Position numbers and translations under genes: made by a program. From a virus (lineage: Duplodnaviria > Caudoviricetes): a stretch of DNA of 26,627 nt. Below the pieces are notes generated by a model, which did not search any database, had not been told where the DNA came from, and was given only the letters and a program-made list of their open reading frames with translations. Location of the stretch: positions 1 to 26,627 of IMG/VR virus record IMGVR_UViG_3300046779_001691, one strand, 5' to 3'. Below are positions 16,997 to 25,345 of this stretch, piece after piece. Numbering within the stretch: the stretch's first letter is position 1; each line of letters opens with the position of its first letter.

Positions 16997-17755
16997 ATGA
17001 GCTCAAACGATCAAGCAAGACAAGAGGTTTATAACTACTGCAAATTAATGCTGGGTGAAGGCATGATTGATGTAGAGTTAGACCCGGCCCACTATACCAT
17101 AGCTTTAGACCGTAGTCTAGGCGTTTTCCGTCAGCGTAGCGATAATGCAGTAGAAGAAAGTTATGCTTTTCTTACACTAGTTCAGGATCAAAACGAATAC
17201 ATTTTACCTTCAGAAATACAACAAGTAAGACAGTTGTTTCGCAGAAGCGTAGGATCAAGAACGGGAGGCGGAAGCGGCGGAACAGTGTTTGAACCGTTCA
17301 ATATGGCTTACACAAATACATACTTGCTAAGTTCAACTAACATGGGCGGACTAGCTACCTACGAATTGTTTGCTCAGTACCAGGAGCTAGTGGGTAAAAT
17401 GTTTGGTAGTTTTATTAACTATACATGGCATCCTCAAAGCCATAAACTTATAATTCATCAGCGCCCTCGCGGTGACGAAGAAGTAATGATGCAGGTTTAT
17501 AATAAGAAACCAGATTTTGCAATTATTACAGATGCTTATGCAGGACAGTGGATTAAAGATTATACTTTAGCAAACTGTAAAATGATGATCGGGCAAGCTC
17601 GTGAAAAGTTTGCTACAATTGCTGGTCCACAAGGTGGCGGCAGTTTAAACGGTGCTGCTATGAAATCCGAAGCTCAGGCAGATATTGAGCGATTAACCAA
17701 AGAACTTGAAACTCAAGTAGCGGGCGGTTCTGGTTACACCTGGATAATTGGCTAA
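16997..17755 (+). CDS. Neck / head-tail adaptor protein, T4 gp13-like
   Basis: YCKLMLGEGMIDVEL N-terminus; WIKDYTLA.CK..IGQAREKF...GG.SLNG..MKSEA C-terminus typical of the gp13 family. Confidence 0.8.
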   Translation: MSSNDQARQEVYNYCKLMLGEGMIDVELDPAHYTIALDRSLGVFRQRSDNAVEESYAFLTLVQDQNEYILPSEIQQVRQLFRRSVGSRTGGGSGGTVFEPFNMAYTNTYLLSSTNMGGLATYELFAQYQELVGKMFGSFINYTWHPQSHKLIIHQRPRGDEEVMMQVYNKKPDFAIITDAYAGQWIKDYTLANCKMMIGQAREKFATIAGPQGGGSLNGAAMKSEAQADIERLTKELETQVAGGSGYTWIIG

Positions 17756-17761
17756 ATTCCT

Positions 17762-17790
17762 TTGACTTTTTAAAACCTATTTGCTATACT
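17762..17790 (+). promoter_or_regulatory. Sigma70-type (early) promoter
   Basis: -35 TTGACT (17762-17767), 17-nt spacer, extended -10 TGcTATACT (hexamer 17785-17790). Confidence 0.8.
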
Positions 17791-17811
17791 AATCCTATAG
17801 GGGATTATTAT

Positions 17812-18498
17812 ATGATTATAGGTGTATGCGGTTTTATTGGAAGTGGAAAGGACACAGTAGCAGACTATCTACAAAACTTCCACGAATTTAGAAGAGAAAG
17901 TTTTGCATCAACTTTAAAAGATGCAGTTGCAGCAGTCTTTGGTTGGGATAGAATTCTACTAGAAGGCCGCACAAAAGAAGCCCGAGAGTGGCGAGAGCAA
18001 GTAGATCCGTGGTGGGCAGAGCGCCTAGACATGCCAACACTTACTCCTCGTTGGGTACTGCAATATTGGGGAACAGAAGTCTGTCGTAAAGGTTTCCATG
18101 ACGATATTTGGATTGCATCTCTAGAAAATAAACTAAGAAGCTCCAAAGATCATGTAGTAATTTCTGACTGTAGATTCCCTAACGAAATTCAAAGTATTAA
18201 GAATGCAGGCGGCAAGATTATTTGGGTTCAGCGAGGAGAATTGCCTAGCTGGTACGATCTAGCCCTCGAAGCTAACAAGGGTTCAAATATTGCCATGAAT
18301 GAGCTCAAAATGAAAAAGATTCATGCTAGCGAAACAGCCTGGGTTGGGACAAACTTTGATGTTATAGTTGACAATAATGGAACTATCGATGACTTGTATA
18401 AACAAGCAGAATTAATAGTCAGCAACCAGATCCCCTTGTCTCCAGTTGATCCCTTCTTTACTAAGAATATTAGCGCAGTTACAGCAAATAGTTTTTAA
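17812..18498 (+). CDS. Deoxynucleoside monophosphate kinase (T4 gp1-like)
   Basis: P-loop GFIGSGKDT, SFASTLKD, TPRWVLQYWGTE, ISDCRFPNE, HASE, DNNGTIDDL. Confidence 0.9.
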   Translation: MIIGVCGFIGSGKDTVADYLQNFHEFRRESFASTLKDAVAAVFGWDRILLEGRTKEAREWREQVDPWWAERLDMPTLTPRWVLQYWGTEVCRKGFHDDIWIASLENKLRSSKDHVVISDCRFPNEIQSIKNAGGKIIWVQRGELPSWYDLALEANKGSNIAMNELKMKKIHASETAWVGTNFDVIVDNNGTIDDLYKQAELIVSNQIPLSPVDPFFTKNISAVTANSF

Positions 18499-18747
18499 AT
18501 TTGCAGGACGGCAATTGTCTAAGTTGCCGTCCATATGAAACACTCTAAACACTTCTCGATGCGGGCTTTTAAACCCGCATTTTTCGCATTGTGATTTTAT
18601 CTTATACCCTGACCGTTGCCATCTAGGTATTCCGTGTCCAACTCCGTGACTCATGCAGATTTCACATAAGCTTCGGTAATAAACTCGATCGCCTTTTTTG
18701 TAGTTGATTGCACGTGGTCTTAAACCGCATTTACATAGTGGTCTCAT
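18412..18747 (-). CDS. Cys-rich zinc-binding protein with degenerate HNH motif
   Basis: CKC, CEIC, CEKC, FHMDGNLDN...NLKTICCNC; TAAATA 5 nt upstream (18758-18753). Confidence 0.7.
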   Translation of the reverse strand: MRPLCKCGLRPRAINYKKGDRVYYRSLCEICMSHGVGHGIPRWQRSGYKIKSQCEKCGFKSPHREVFRVFHMDGNLDNCRPANLKTICCNCANILSKEGINWRQGDLVADY

Positions 18748-18823
18748 AGTACTATTTAAAGATTCTACACCTTTTTTACCCCTTTTTATTAGGCGTTAAC
18801 TGCCCAATTTTCCTAGGAGCCGC

Positions 18824-18829
18824 TAAATA
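18824..18829 (+). promoter_or_regulatory. Putative late promoter core TAAATA for sheath/tube operon
   Basis: gcTAAATA followed by SD AGGAG (18848-18852) and ATG 18863. Confidence 0.6.
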
Positions 18830-18862
18830 CTAGAAGCAACTATTACCAGGAGAATAAGTAAC

Positions 18863-21800
18863 ATGGCACTAGTATCCCCAGGCGTAGAGATTACAGTAAT
18901 TGATGAGAGTTTTTATACACCAGCAGAACCTGGTACTACTCCAATTGTCGTAGTAGCTACAGCACAGAATAAAGCGAATGGAGCTGGCACAGGCACAGCT
19001 TCTTCAACAACTAAAGCCAACGCCGGCAAGGTGTTTAGGCTTACAAGTCAGAAAGATCTTCTTGATCTTTATGGCATTCCTTTCTTTGAAAAGACAGCAA
19101 GTGGAAGTCCAGTCCACGGCGGTGAGAGAAACGAATACGGTCTTTTAGCAGCTTACAGCTTGCTAGGAGTAACTAACTCTGTATTCATTCTAAGAGCAGA
19201 TGTTGACTTAAGTCAACTTGAGCCTAGTGCAGATGCTCCTGGTTCTGCACCAACAAACAATCAATGGTGGTTAAACACACAATCTACAGCTTGGGGTATC
19301 AAGCAGTGGAACGGTGCCGATAAACCAGCAGGACAAAAATTTGAAAACAAGACACCACTAGTTTTAACTGATGATGATTCTGCTAAAACTGTAGACTCTG
19401 CTGAAGGTTGGAAGCCTCTAGAGTCAGTTGGATCACTAGGCGATTACGCAGTAGTAATTCGTGGTTCAGTAGACGGTGTGGCAAGAACTTGGTACAAGAG
19501 TCCTGGTAGTCCTTTAGTTGCAGCAGGTACATGGGTATTAGTTGGATCTCCTGACTGGGCACAGAGCTGGTCAACTGTAGAAGGTAAAGTTTCTTACACT
19601 GCTTCTACTCTAGCAACAGGCGTTACACTATTCACAATTAACGGAACAGCAGTTAGCGTTAGCACAGGCGGTTCAAACGATGCTTCATTAACACAGTTAG
19701 TAAATGCTATCAACGGTCTTTCTATTGCCGGAGGCGGCATCAAGGCTGCTGTTGTAAGCAATCGTTTAGCTCTTTACAGCGACGGAACATCAACAGGCGA
19801 CAGCATTGTTATCGCAGGTATTACTGAAGATACAAAAACTAAACTAGGCCTAGACAACGGTACATACTTGGCTCCTGCTATCCAGCACAGCCCACACAGT
19901 ACTGTTCCTGAATGGAAGTCTACAGATACCGGTCCAAGACCAACTGGTTCTGTATGGATCAACACAACTGAGCCAAATAGCGGTGCAAGATGGAGAATGA
20001 GCAGATACAGTTCTGCATCTAGTTCATGGGTTCCTTTTGCAGCACCTTTATACAGAAATACACATTCTGCACTTTACTATCTAGATAGAAGCGGTGGCGG
20101 ATTTAAAGTTCCACAAGATTCTTTATTTGTTCAATTTAACACATCTGAAGATTCGGGCAACGACACAACTCCAGAAACAGCAACATACCAAATTTGGAGA
20201 AGAAACGTAGCGGCTAGCGCAGAAACTGTTATTACAGGTGTTGTTCCTACAACACTAACATCTGGTTTAGACGATATTTCGTTTAGAGTATCTGTTCCAG
20301 GTGAAGAAGCTCTTTCTAGCGTTTATCTAGCAACATTTGACATTACTACACCAGCTAATGCTGCTGACAATGCATCAAAAATTGCAACAGCAATTAACGC
20401 ATTAGGTATTCCGAACGTAGTTGCTGAAATCAGCGGAACAGCAGGAACAACACTAACAATTAGACATAAAGCAGGCGGCGATATCCGTATTCTTGAAACT
20501 GAAAAAGCAGCAGCTACTAAGATTTTTGCAGGATCTGCAAACTTATATTCTTTAGGCGCAGCAGCACAAGCTGATTCAACAATTCAAGGTCAGTGGTTAG
20601 CGTCAGGATGGCAACCACTATTCAGTACTGGTTACAAGTCTATCGGAGATGCTCCAGTTAACGAGCCACAAGACGGACAACTATGGTACAATCCAGAAGT
20701 TAGCCAAGTTGACATGATGGTTCACAACGGTAAGACATGGGTAGGTTATGCAAACGCATATCCAACAACTGATCCAGCTGGTCCTACTGTTTCTGCTTCT
20801 ACACCAACTACACAAAGCGACGGAACAGCTCTAGTAGCTAACGATCTATGGATCAGCACAGCTGACATGGAAAACTTCCCAAGCATCTATCGCTATGATG
20901 GTACAACACCATACAGCGCAGCGGGTTGGACATTGGTAGACAAGACAGATCAAGTAACAGAAGACGGTGTTCTATTTGCAGATGCACGTTACGGTTTATC
21001 TGGAGCTACAGGCAACACAGCCGCAGCAATTGCTGATCTACTGGAAAGCAATTACTTAGATCCAGATGCTCCAGATCCAGCACTATATCCAAAGGGTATG
21101 TTGCTATGGAACACACGTAGAAGTGGTGGTAACGTTAAGCGTTATAACAACAACTATATCGATACAACAACCGACAATGCACGTTTTGACTCTACAAATT
21201 CTCCATCGGGTAACGCATTTGTTTCCGGCGAAGATATGGGTAGCTATGCAACTGATCGTTGGACAACAGCTTCTGCTAACAACGAAGATGGTTCTGGCGC
21301 ATTTGGTCGCAAGGCACAACGTAAAGTTGTTACAGCAGCAATGAAGTCGGTAATCGATACAAGTTCAGAAGCACGTGATGAAGAGCGTCGTAACTTCAAC
21401 GTTATTGCTGCTCCTGGTTACCCAGAAGTATTAAGCAACTTGATCAACTTAAACATTGATCGTGGCTTAACAGCATTTGTAATTGGTGACACACCATTGC
21501 GTCTAAAAGACGATGCCACAACACTAACTAACTGGGGTACCAATGCAGGCCTAGTGCTTGACAACGGCGACGACGGTATTGTTAGCTTCGACGAATATGC
21601 AGCAGTTTACTATCCAAACGGATTTACAACTGACCTAGGTGGTTCTAATGCAGTTGTTCCAGCATCACACATGATGCTAAGAACATTAACATTGAGCGAT
21701 CAGGCTAGCTACCCATGGTTTGCACCAGCTGGTACACGTCGCGGTGGTATTACTAACGCAACAGCAGTCGGTTATATCGATTCGTTAACTGGCGAGTTCC

Positions 21801-22240
21801 AGACTGTTTCGTTGAATGAAGGACAACGTGACGTTCTTTATGATCTAAAAGTTAACCCAATTCCATTCTTTGTTGGAGTAGGTCTAGTAGCTTACGGTCA
21901 AAAGACTCGTGCAAAGAATGCTTCGGCATTAGACAGAATTAACGTAGCACGTTTGGTAATTTATCTACGTAGCCAGTTACGTAAACTAGCTCGTCCATAT
22001 ATCTTTGAACCAAACGACAAATTAACTAGAGATGAAGTTAAACAAGCAGTTGAAAGTTTACTATTAGAATTAGTAGGCCTACGTGCTCTTAACGACTTCG
22101 CTGTAGTTTGCGACGAAACAAACAACACACCAAGCAGAATTGACCGCAACGAATTGTGGGTTGACATTGCTATTGAGCCAATCAAAGCAGTAGAATTCAT
22201 TTACATTCCGCTACGTGTTAAGAACACAGGAGAAATCTAA
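18863..22240 (+). CDS. Contractile tail sheath protein (T4 gp18-like), 1125 aa
   Basis: MALVSPGVEITVIDES N-terminus; PWFAPAGTRRG, RDVLYDLKVNPI, GQKT, SALDRINVARL, FEPND, VVCDETNNTP, IEPIKAVEFIYI. Confidence 0.95.
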   Translation: MALVSPGVEITVIDESFYTPAEPGTTPIVVVATAQNKANGAGTGTASSTTKANAGKVFRLTSQKDLLDLYGIPFFEKTASGSPVHGGERNEYGLLAAYSLLGVTNSVFILRADVDLSQLEPSADAPGSAPTNNQWWLNTQSTAWGIKQWNGADKPAGQKFENKTPLVLTDDDSAKTVDSAEGWKPLESVGSLGDYAVVIRGSVDGVARTWYKSPGSPLVAAGTWVLVGSPDWAQSWSTVEGKVSYTASTLATGVTLFTINGTAVSVSTGGSNDASLTQLVNAINGLSIAGGGIKAAVVSNRLALYSDGTSTGDSIVIAGITEDTKTKLGLDNGTYLAPAIQHSPHSTVPEWKSTDTGPRPTGSVWINTTEPNSGARWRMSRYSSASSSWVPFAAPLYRNTHSALYYLDRSGGGFKVPQDSLFVQFNTSEDSGNDTTPETATYQIWRRNVAASAETVITGVVPTTLTSGLDDISFRVSVPGEEALSSVYLATFDITTPANAADNASKIATAINALGIPNVVAEISGTAGTTLTIRHKAGGDIRILETEKAAATKIFAGSANLYSLGAAAQADSTIQGQWLASGWQPLFSTGYKSIGDAPVNEPQDGQLWYNPEVSQVDMMVHNGKTWVGYANAYPTTDPAGPTVSASTPTTQSDGTALVANDLWISTADMENFPSIYRYDGTTPYSAAGWTLVDKTDQVTEDGVLFADARYGLSGATGNTAAAIADLLESNYLDPDAPDPALYPKGMLLWNTRRSGGNVKRYNNNYIDTTTDNARFDSTNSPSGNAFVSGEDMGSYATDRWTTASANNEDGSGAFGRKAQRKVVTAAMKSVIDTSSEARDEERRNFNVIAAPGYPEVLSNLINLNIDRGLTAFVIGDTPLRLKDDATTLTNWGTNAGLVLDNGDDGIVSFDEYAAVYYPNGFTTDLGGSNAVVPASHMMLRTLTLSDQASYPWFAPAGTRRGGITNATAVGYIDSLTGEFQTVSLNEGQRDVLYDLKVNPIPFFVGVGLVAYGQKTRAKNASALDRINVARLVIYLRSQLRKLARPYIFEPNDKLTRDEVKQAVESLLLELVGLRALNDFAVVCDETNNTPSRIDRNELWVDIAIEPIKAVEFIYIPLRVKNTGEI

Positions 22241-22242
22241 AA

Positions 22243-22890
22243 ATGGCAATTACATCTCTAAACAGATTTAGCGTACCAACAGACGGATCGGTAGTCAACC
22301 AGGCATTGCTAATGCCTAAGATGAAATATCGTTTCCGTGTGGTATTCACAGGATTCGGTGTAACTGCCGGCGATGCTGTAGAATTAACAAAACAAGTTGT
22401 TGACGTTACAAGACCTTCAGTAACATTTGAAGAAGTTACTTTAGACGTTTACAACTCTAAAGTATACCTAGCTGGTAAACACAGCTTTGAAGCTATTACA
22501 ATCAACCTACGTGACGATGCTACAGGCCTTGTACAACGTGTTGTTGGTGAACAGCTACAAAAGCAATTCGACTTCATGGAACAAGCTTCTGCACGTTCTG
22601 GTATTGACTACAAGTTTACTTGCAGAATCGATGTACTAGACGGCGGCAACGGTACTAAAGAAGTTAATACACTAGAAAGTATCAACCTATGGGGCTGTTT
22701 CTTAACTAACGTTAACTACGGTGAATTGAACTACGGTACAGGTGCAGAACCTGCTACAGTAGCACTAAGCATCCGTTTTGACAACATGACACAGTTGAAG
22801 GGTGGTTCTACATCAGTTATCGAAGGTATCGGTCGCGATATTGGAGAAAGAACTCTTGGTTCTATGACAACTGGTGGCGGCGCAGTTTAA
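22243..22890 (+). CDS. Tail tube protein (T4 gp19-like)
   Basis: Directly after the sheath with SD AGGAG; PK.KYRFRV, RPSVTFEE, YLAGKH, LWGCF...YGELNY...LSIRFDN. Confidence 0.85.
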   Translation: MAITSLNRFSVPTDGSVVNQALLMPKMKYRFRVVFTGFGVTAGDAVELTKQVVDVTRPSVTFEEVTLDVYNSKVYLAGKHSFEAITINLRDDATGLVQRVVGEQLQKQFDFMEQASARSGIDYKFTCRIDVLDGGNGTKEVNTLESINLWGCFLTNVNYGELNYGTGAEPATVALSIRFDNMTQLKGGSTSVIEGIGRDIGERTLGSMTTGGGAV

Positions 22891-22909
22891 TACTAGCCAA
22901 TAATCAAAG

Positions 22910-22936
22910 AAACCTCGGCATTTCCGGGGTTTTTTT
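22910..22936 (+). terminator. Intrinsic terminator after tail tube gene
   Basis: AAACCTCGG-CATTT-CCGGGGTTT followed by further T residues. Confidence 0.85.
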
Positions 22937-22953
22937 GTGACATAAATATTTGT

Positions 22954-24042
22954 ATGGCAAATAAATTCACAAGGTACCTTACCAGCTTTGCAGGCGGAGT
23001 TGTTAGTGGTGCAACTAATCCAAAAGGTGTAGTGTCTGATTACAGACACGGTAGACGTCTTTTCATTGACGATACATTTAGGCTTGCACCTAGACAAAAG
23101 TTTCAGTACTATGTTCAATTTGAACTAGACAAAGATGCCTTGCGATCAACGCAGTTTGCTGACAAGCATAGCCAAGAAGTAGGGTACCTTGTTAAGACTG
23201 CTGACATGCCAAAGTATTCTTTTGATTCTGTTGTTAAGAACCAATACAATAGAAAGAAAATTGTTTATAAAGGTATTAACTACGATCCTTTAAATTTAAC
23301 ATTCCACGACGATAGCGCAGGAATTATAAATGCGTTATGGGCGTTGTACTACGGATATTACATTCACGATAGACATAACCCAAGAGCAGCCTACGGCGCA
23401 ACACATTTAAGATCTACAAAGACACCGCAAGATAATTTTAGATACGGTTTAGATAATCAAGTTACGGTTCCATTCTTTAAGAGCATTAACTTATACACAA
23501 TGAGTCGTAAAAGGTTCTTAGGTTATACTTTAATTAATCCTAGAATTAAAACATGGAGCCACGGTCAAGGTGATTATGCTGATTCTCAAGGTATGGAACA
23601 CACTATGACTCTTGAATACGAAGCAGTAATTTACACCGGCGGAACTGTTAAGATTAACAGTCCCAAGGGATTTGCATCTTTACATTACGATACAACTCCA
23701 AGCCCATTAAGTGTTGCCGGCGGCGGCGTTGCTAACCTAACAGGTGAAGGTGGCGTACTAGATGGCATGGAACAGATCTTTGGAGACATATCGTCCGGGC
23801 AAGCATTTTCTAGTCCAGGTAACTTCTTAAGTACAGCTCTAAAAGCAGTAAACACTTATAAGAACGCAGGAAAACTTAATAGCGACAAATTAAAATCTGA
23901 AGCATTGAGTATTCTAAGTAGTCCAGCAGGACTTGCTGCTGGTTCAAGTGTTATTGGTGGAGTTGCTGGAGCAATTTTCCCTAAGAGAAACACAGCTAAT
24001 GAACCAACTCAAGCATCAGCTAAAACATTAACTGGAGATTAA
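22954..24042 (+). CDS. Tail-tube-fold baseplate/tube-initiator protein (gp48/gp54-like)
   Basis: Paralogous tube motifs (PRQKFQYYVQF, VKTADMPK, YDPLNLTFHDD, YTLINP.I, MTLEYE) plus Gly/Ala-rich tail; TAAATA 5 nt upstream. Confidence 0.6.
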   Translation: MANKFTRYLTSFAGGVVSGATNPKGVVSDYRHGRRLFIDDTFRLAPRQKFQYYVQFELDKDALRSTQFADKHSQEVGYLVKTADMPKYSFDSVVKNQYNRKKIVYKGINYDPLNLTFHDDSAGIINALWALYYGYYIHDRHNPRAAYGATHLRSTKTPQDNFRYGLDNQVTVPFFKSINLYTMSRKRFLGYTLINPRIKTWSHGQGDYADSQGMEHTMTLEYEAVIYTGGTVKINSPKGFASLHYDTTPSPLSVAGGGVANLTGEGGVLDGMEQIFGDISSGQAFSSPGNFLSTALKAVNTYKNAGKLNSDKLKSEALSILSSPAGLAAGSSVIGGVAGAIFPKRNTANEPTQASAKTLTGD

Positions 24043-24043
24043 T

Positions 24044-24412
24044 ATGAGAACTAATTTACCATCTCCAGAAATTACAGACAGTGCCGAAGGTACAAAGTTA
24101 TTCTTTGACACATACGGATCAGAAGATATTGAATTTAATGCTGTTGATGTAGACTCTACAGTAGCATTCTTTAAACAAAGAGGATTTGAAGAAGATGCTG
24201 CATTAATCACTGCCGCTGTAATCCTCAAACAAGCAAAAGTAGATCAAATGCCTGTAAGAGAATTATTAGATACATTGCAAACTTTTGACGGCGTTCAAAT
24301 GTCATCGTTGATTGCAGAAATTCTTAATAACAATCGAACTCCTATCTCTACACTGGGTTATAGATATAAACCAGTTAAGCCTGATCAAATTTCTAGAAAC
24401 ATCTCAGCATAA
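24044..24412 (+). CDS. Hypothetical protein, probably morphogenesis-related
   Basis: 122-aa ORF with SD GGAG, tightly packed between structural genes. Confidence 0.7.
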   Translation: MRTNLPSPEITDSAEGTKLFFDTYGSEDIEFNAVDVDSTVAFFKQRGFEEDAALITAAVILKQAKVDQMPVRELLDTLQTFDGVQMSSLIAEILNNNRTPISTLGYRYKPVKPDQISRNISA

Positions 24413-24852
24413 TGGCCAAGTTTGCACAAGGTAGATTTGAAATGAAAAACCCACAGAAGTATGTGGGAAAGAAAACTCCCTTGGCTCGTAGTAGTTGGGA
24501 ATTTGTTTTTATGAGAATGCTCGATGAACACCAGGGTGTTGTAAATTGGGCAAGTGAAAGTATTCAAATACCTTACAGAGATCCTCTAACTGGTCGCCAT
24601 ACAATTTATGTGCCTGATTTTTTTGTTGTTTACAACGATAAAAATGGTAAAAAACATGCAGAGGTTGTAGAAGTTAAGCCTGCTAGTCAAACGTTTAAAG
24701 AACAAGTAGGAAAAAGTGCCTACAATCAAGAACAATATGTAAAGAATTTAGCAAAGTGGGAAGCTGCTAGTGCATGGTGCAAGCAGCAAGGAGTTACTTT
24801 TAGAATAGTAAACGAAGGCGATATTTTCCACCAAGGTAAGAAACGTAGATAA
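24412..24852 (+). CDS. Head completion nuclease (T4 gp4-like, TnsA-N PD-(D/E)xK fold)
   Basis: QGRF...NPQKYVG, RSSWE..FM, WASE...IPY..P, YVPDF, EVKP, KWEAA..WC. Confidence 0.88.
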   Translation: MAKFAQGRFEMKNPQKYVGKKTPLARSSWEFVFMRMLDEHQGVVNWASESIQIPYRDPLTGRHTIYVPDFFVVYNDKNGKKHAEVVEVKPASQTFKEQVGKSAYNQEQYVKNLAKWEAASAWCKQQGVTFRIVNEGDIFHQGKKRR

Positions 24853-24860
24853 GTACTGCT

Positions 24861-25337
24861 ATGACTAAAAAACTCGAAGACCTTTTTAATTTAGAAACTA
24901 AAGAATCTGGAGAGCCGGAAAAAGTTGAAAAACCAAAGCCGGAAGAAGTAACTAGTATTGACAAGAGCTACAAAGCAGTAGCTGAAATTACTAAATCGTT
25001 ACCGCAGATTCAAGAACTAAATGACATTGACGAAGCTGAACTAGACAACTTAGCTAGTAAAGCCGAAGCAGCCTATGACGATCTTATGGATTTAGGCATG
25101 AACGTTGAAGTACGATACGCTGGTCGTATTTTTGAAGTAGCAGGAACAATGCTAAGTCACGCAATTACAGCAAAAACCAATAAAATTGAGAAAAAATTAA
25201 AGGCTGTAGATCTACAGCTTAAAAAGCTCAAAATGGACAAGGACACCCCGGAAGAAGATGGACAGTTGCTAAACGGCGAAGGTTACATTATTACTGACCG
25301 CAATGAGCTCCTTAAGAAATTGGGTCAAAAGGAATAA
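24861..25337 (+). CDS. Probable terminase small subunit (gp16-like)
   Basis: 158 aa, helical; GRIFEVAGTML and terminal IITDRNELLKKL resemble the R-x-[YF]-EV motif and C-terminal strand-helix of T4-like gp16 (recalled, not searched). Confidence 0.5.
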   Translation: MTKKLEDLFNLETKESGEPEKVEKPKPEEVTSIDKSYKAVAEITKSLPQIQELNDIDEAELDNLASKAEAAYDDLMDLGMNVEVRYAGRIFEVAGTMLSHAITAKTNKIEKKLKAVDLQLKKLKMDKDTPEEDGQLLNGEGYIITDRNELLKKLGQKE

Positions 25338-25345
25338 ATATTACT

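Noticed and set aside
1896-24567. Many short antisense or alternate-frame ORFs inside long genes (e.g. 5647-5994, 7081-7410, 13767-14024, 17865-18146, 21066-21344, 22813-23118)
   Set aside because: They shadow well-supported genes, have no recognisable motifs and reflect codon bias of the sense strand.
24412-24852. TnsA-like transposase / mobile element
   Set aside because: The fold is shared with T4 gp4; context is morphogenetic and there is no TnsB/C or terminal repeat.
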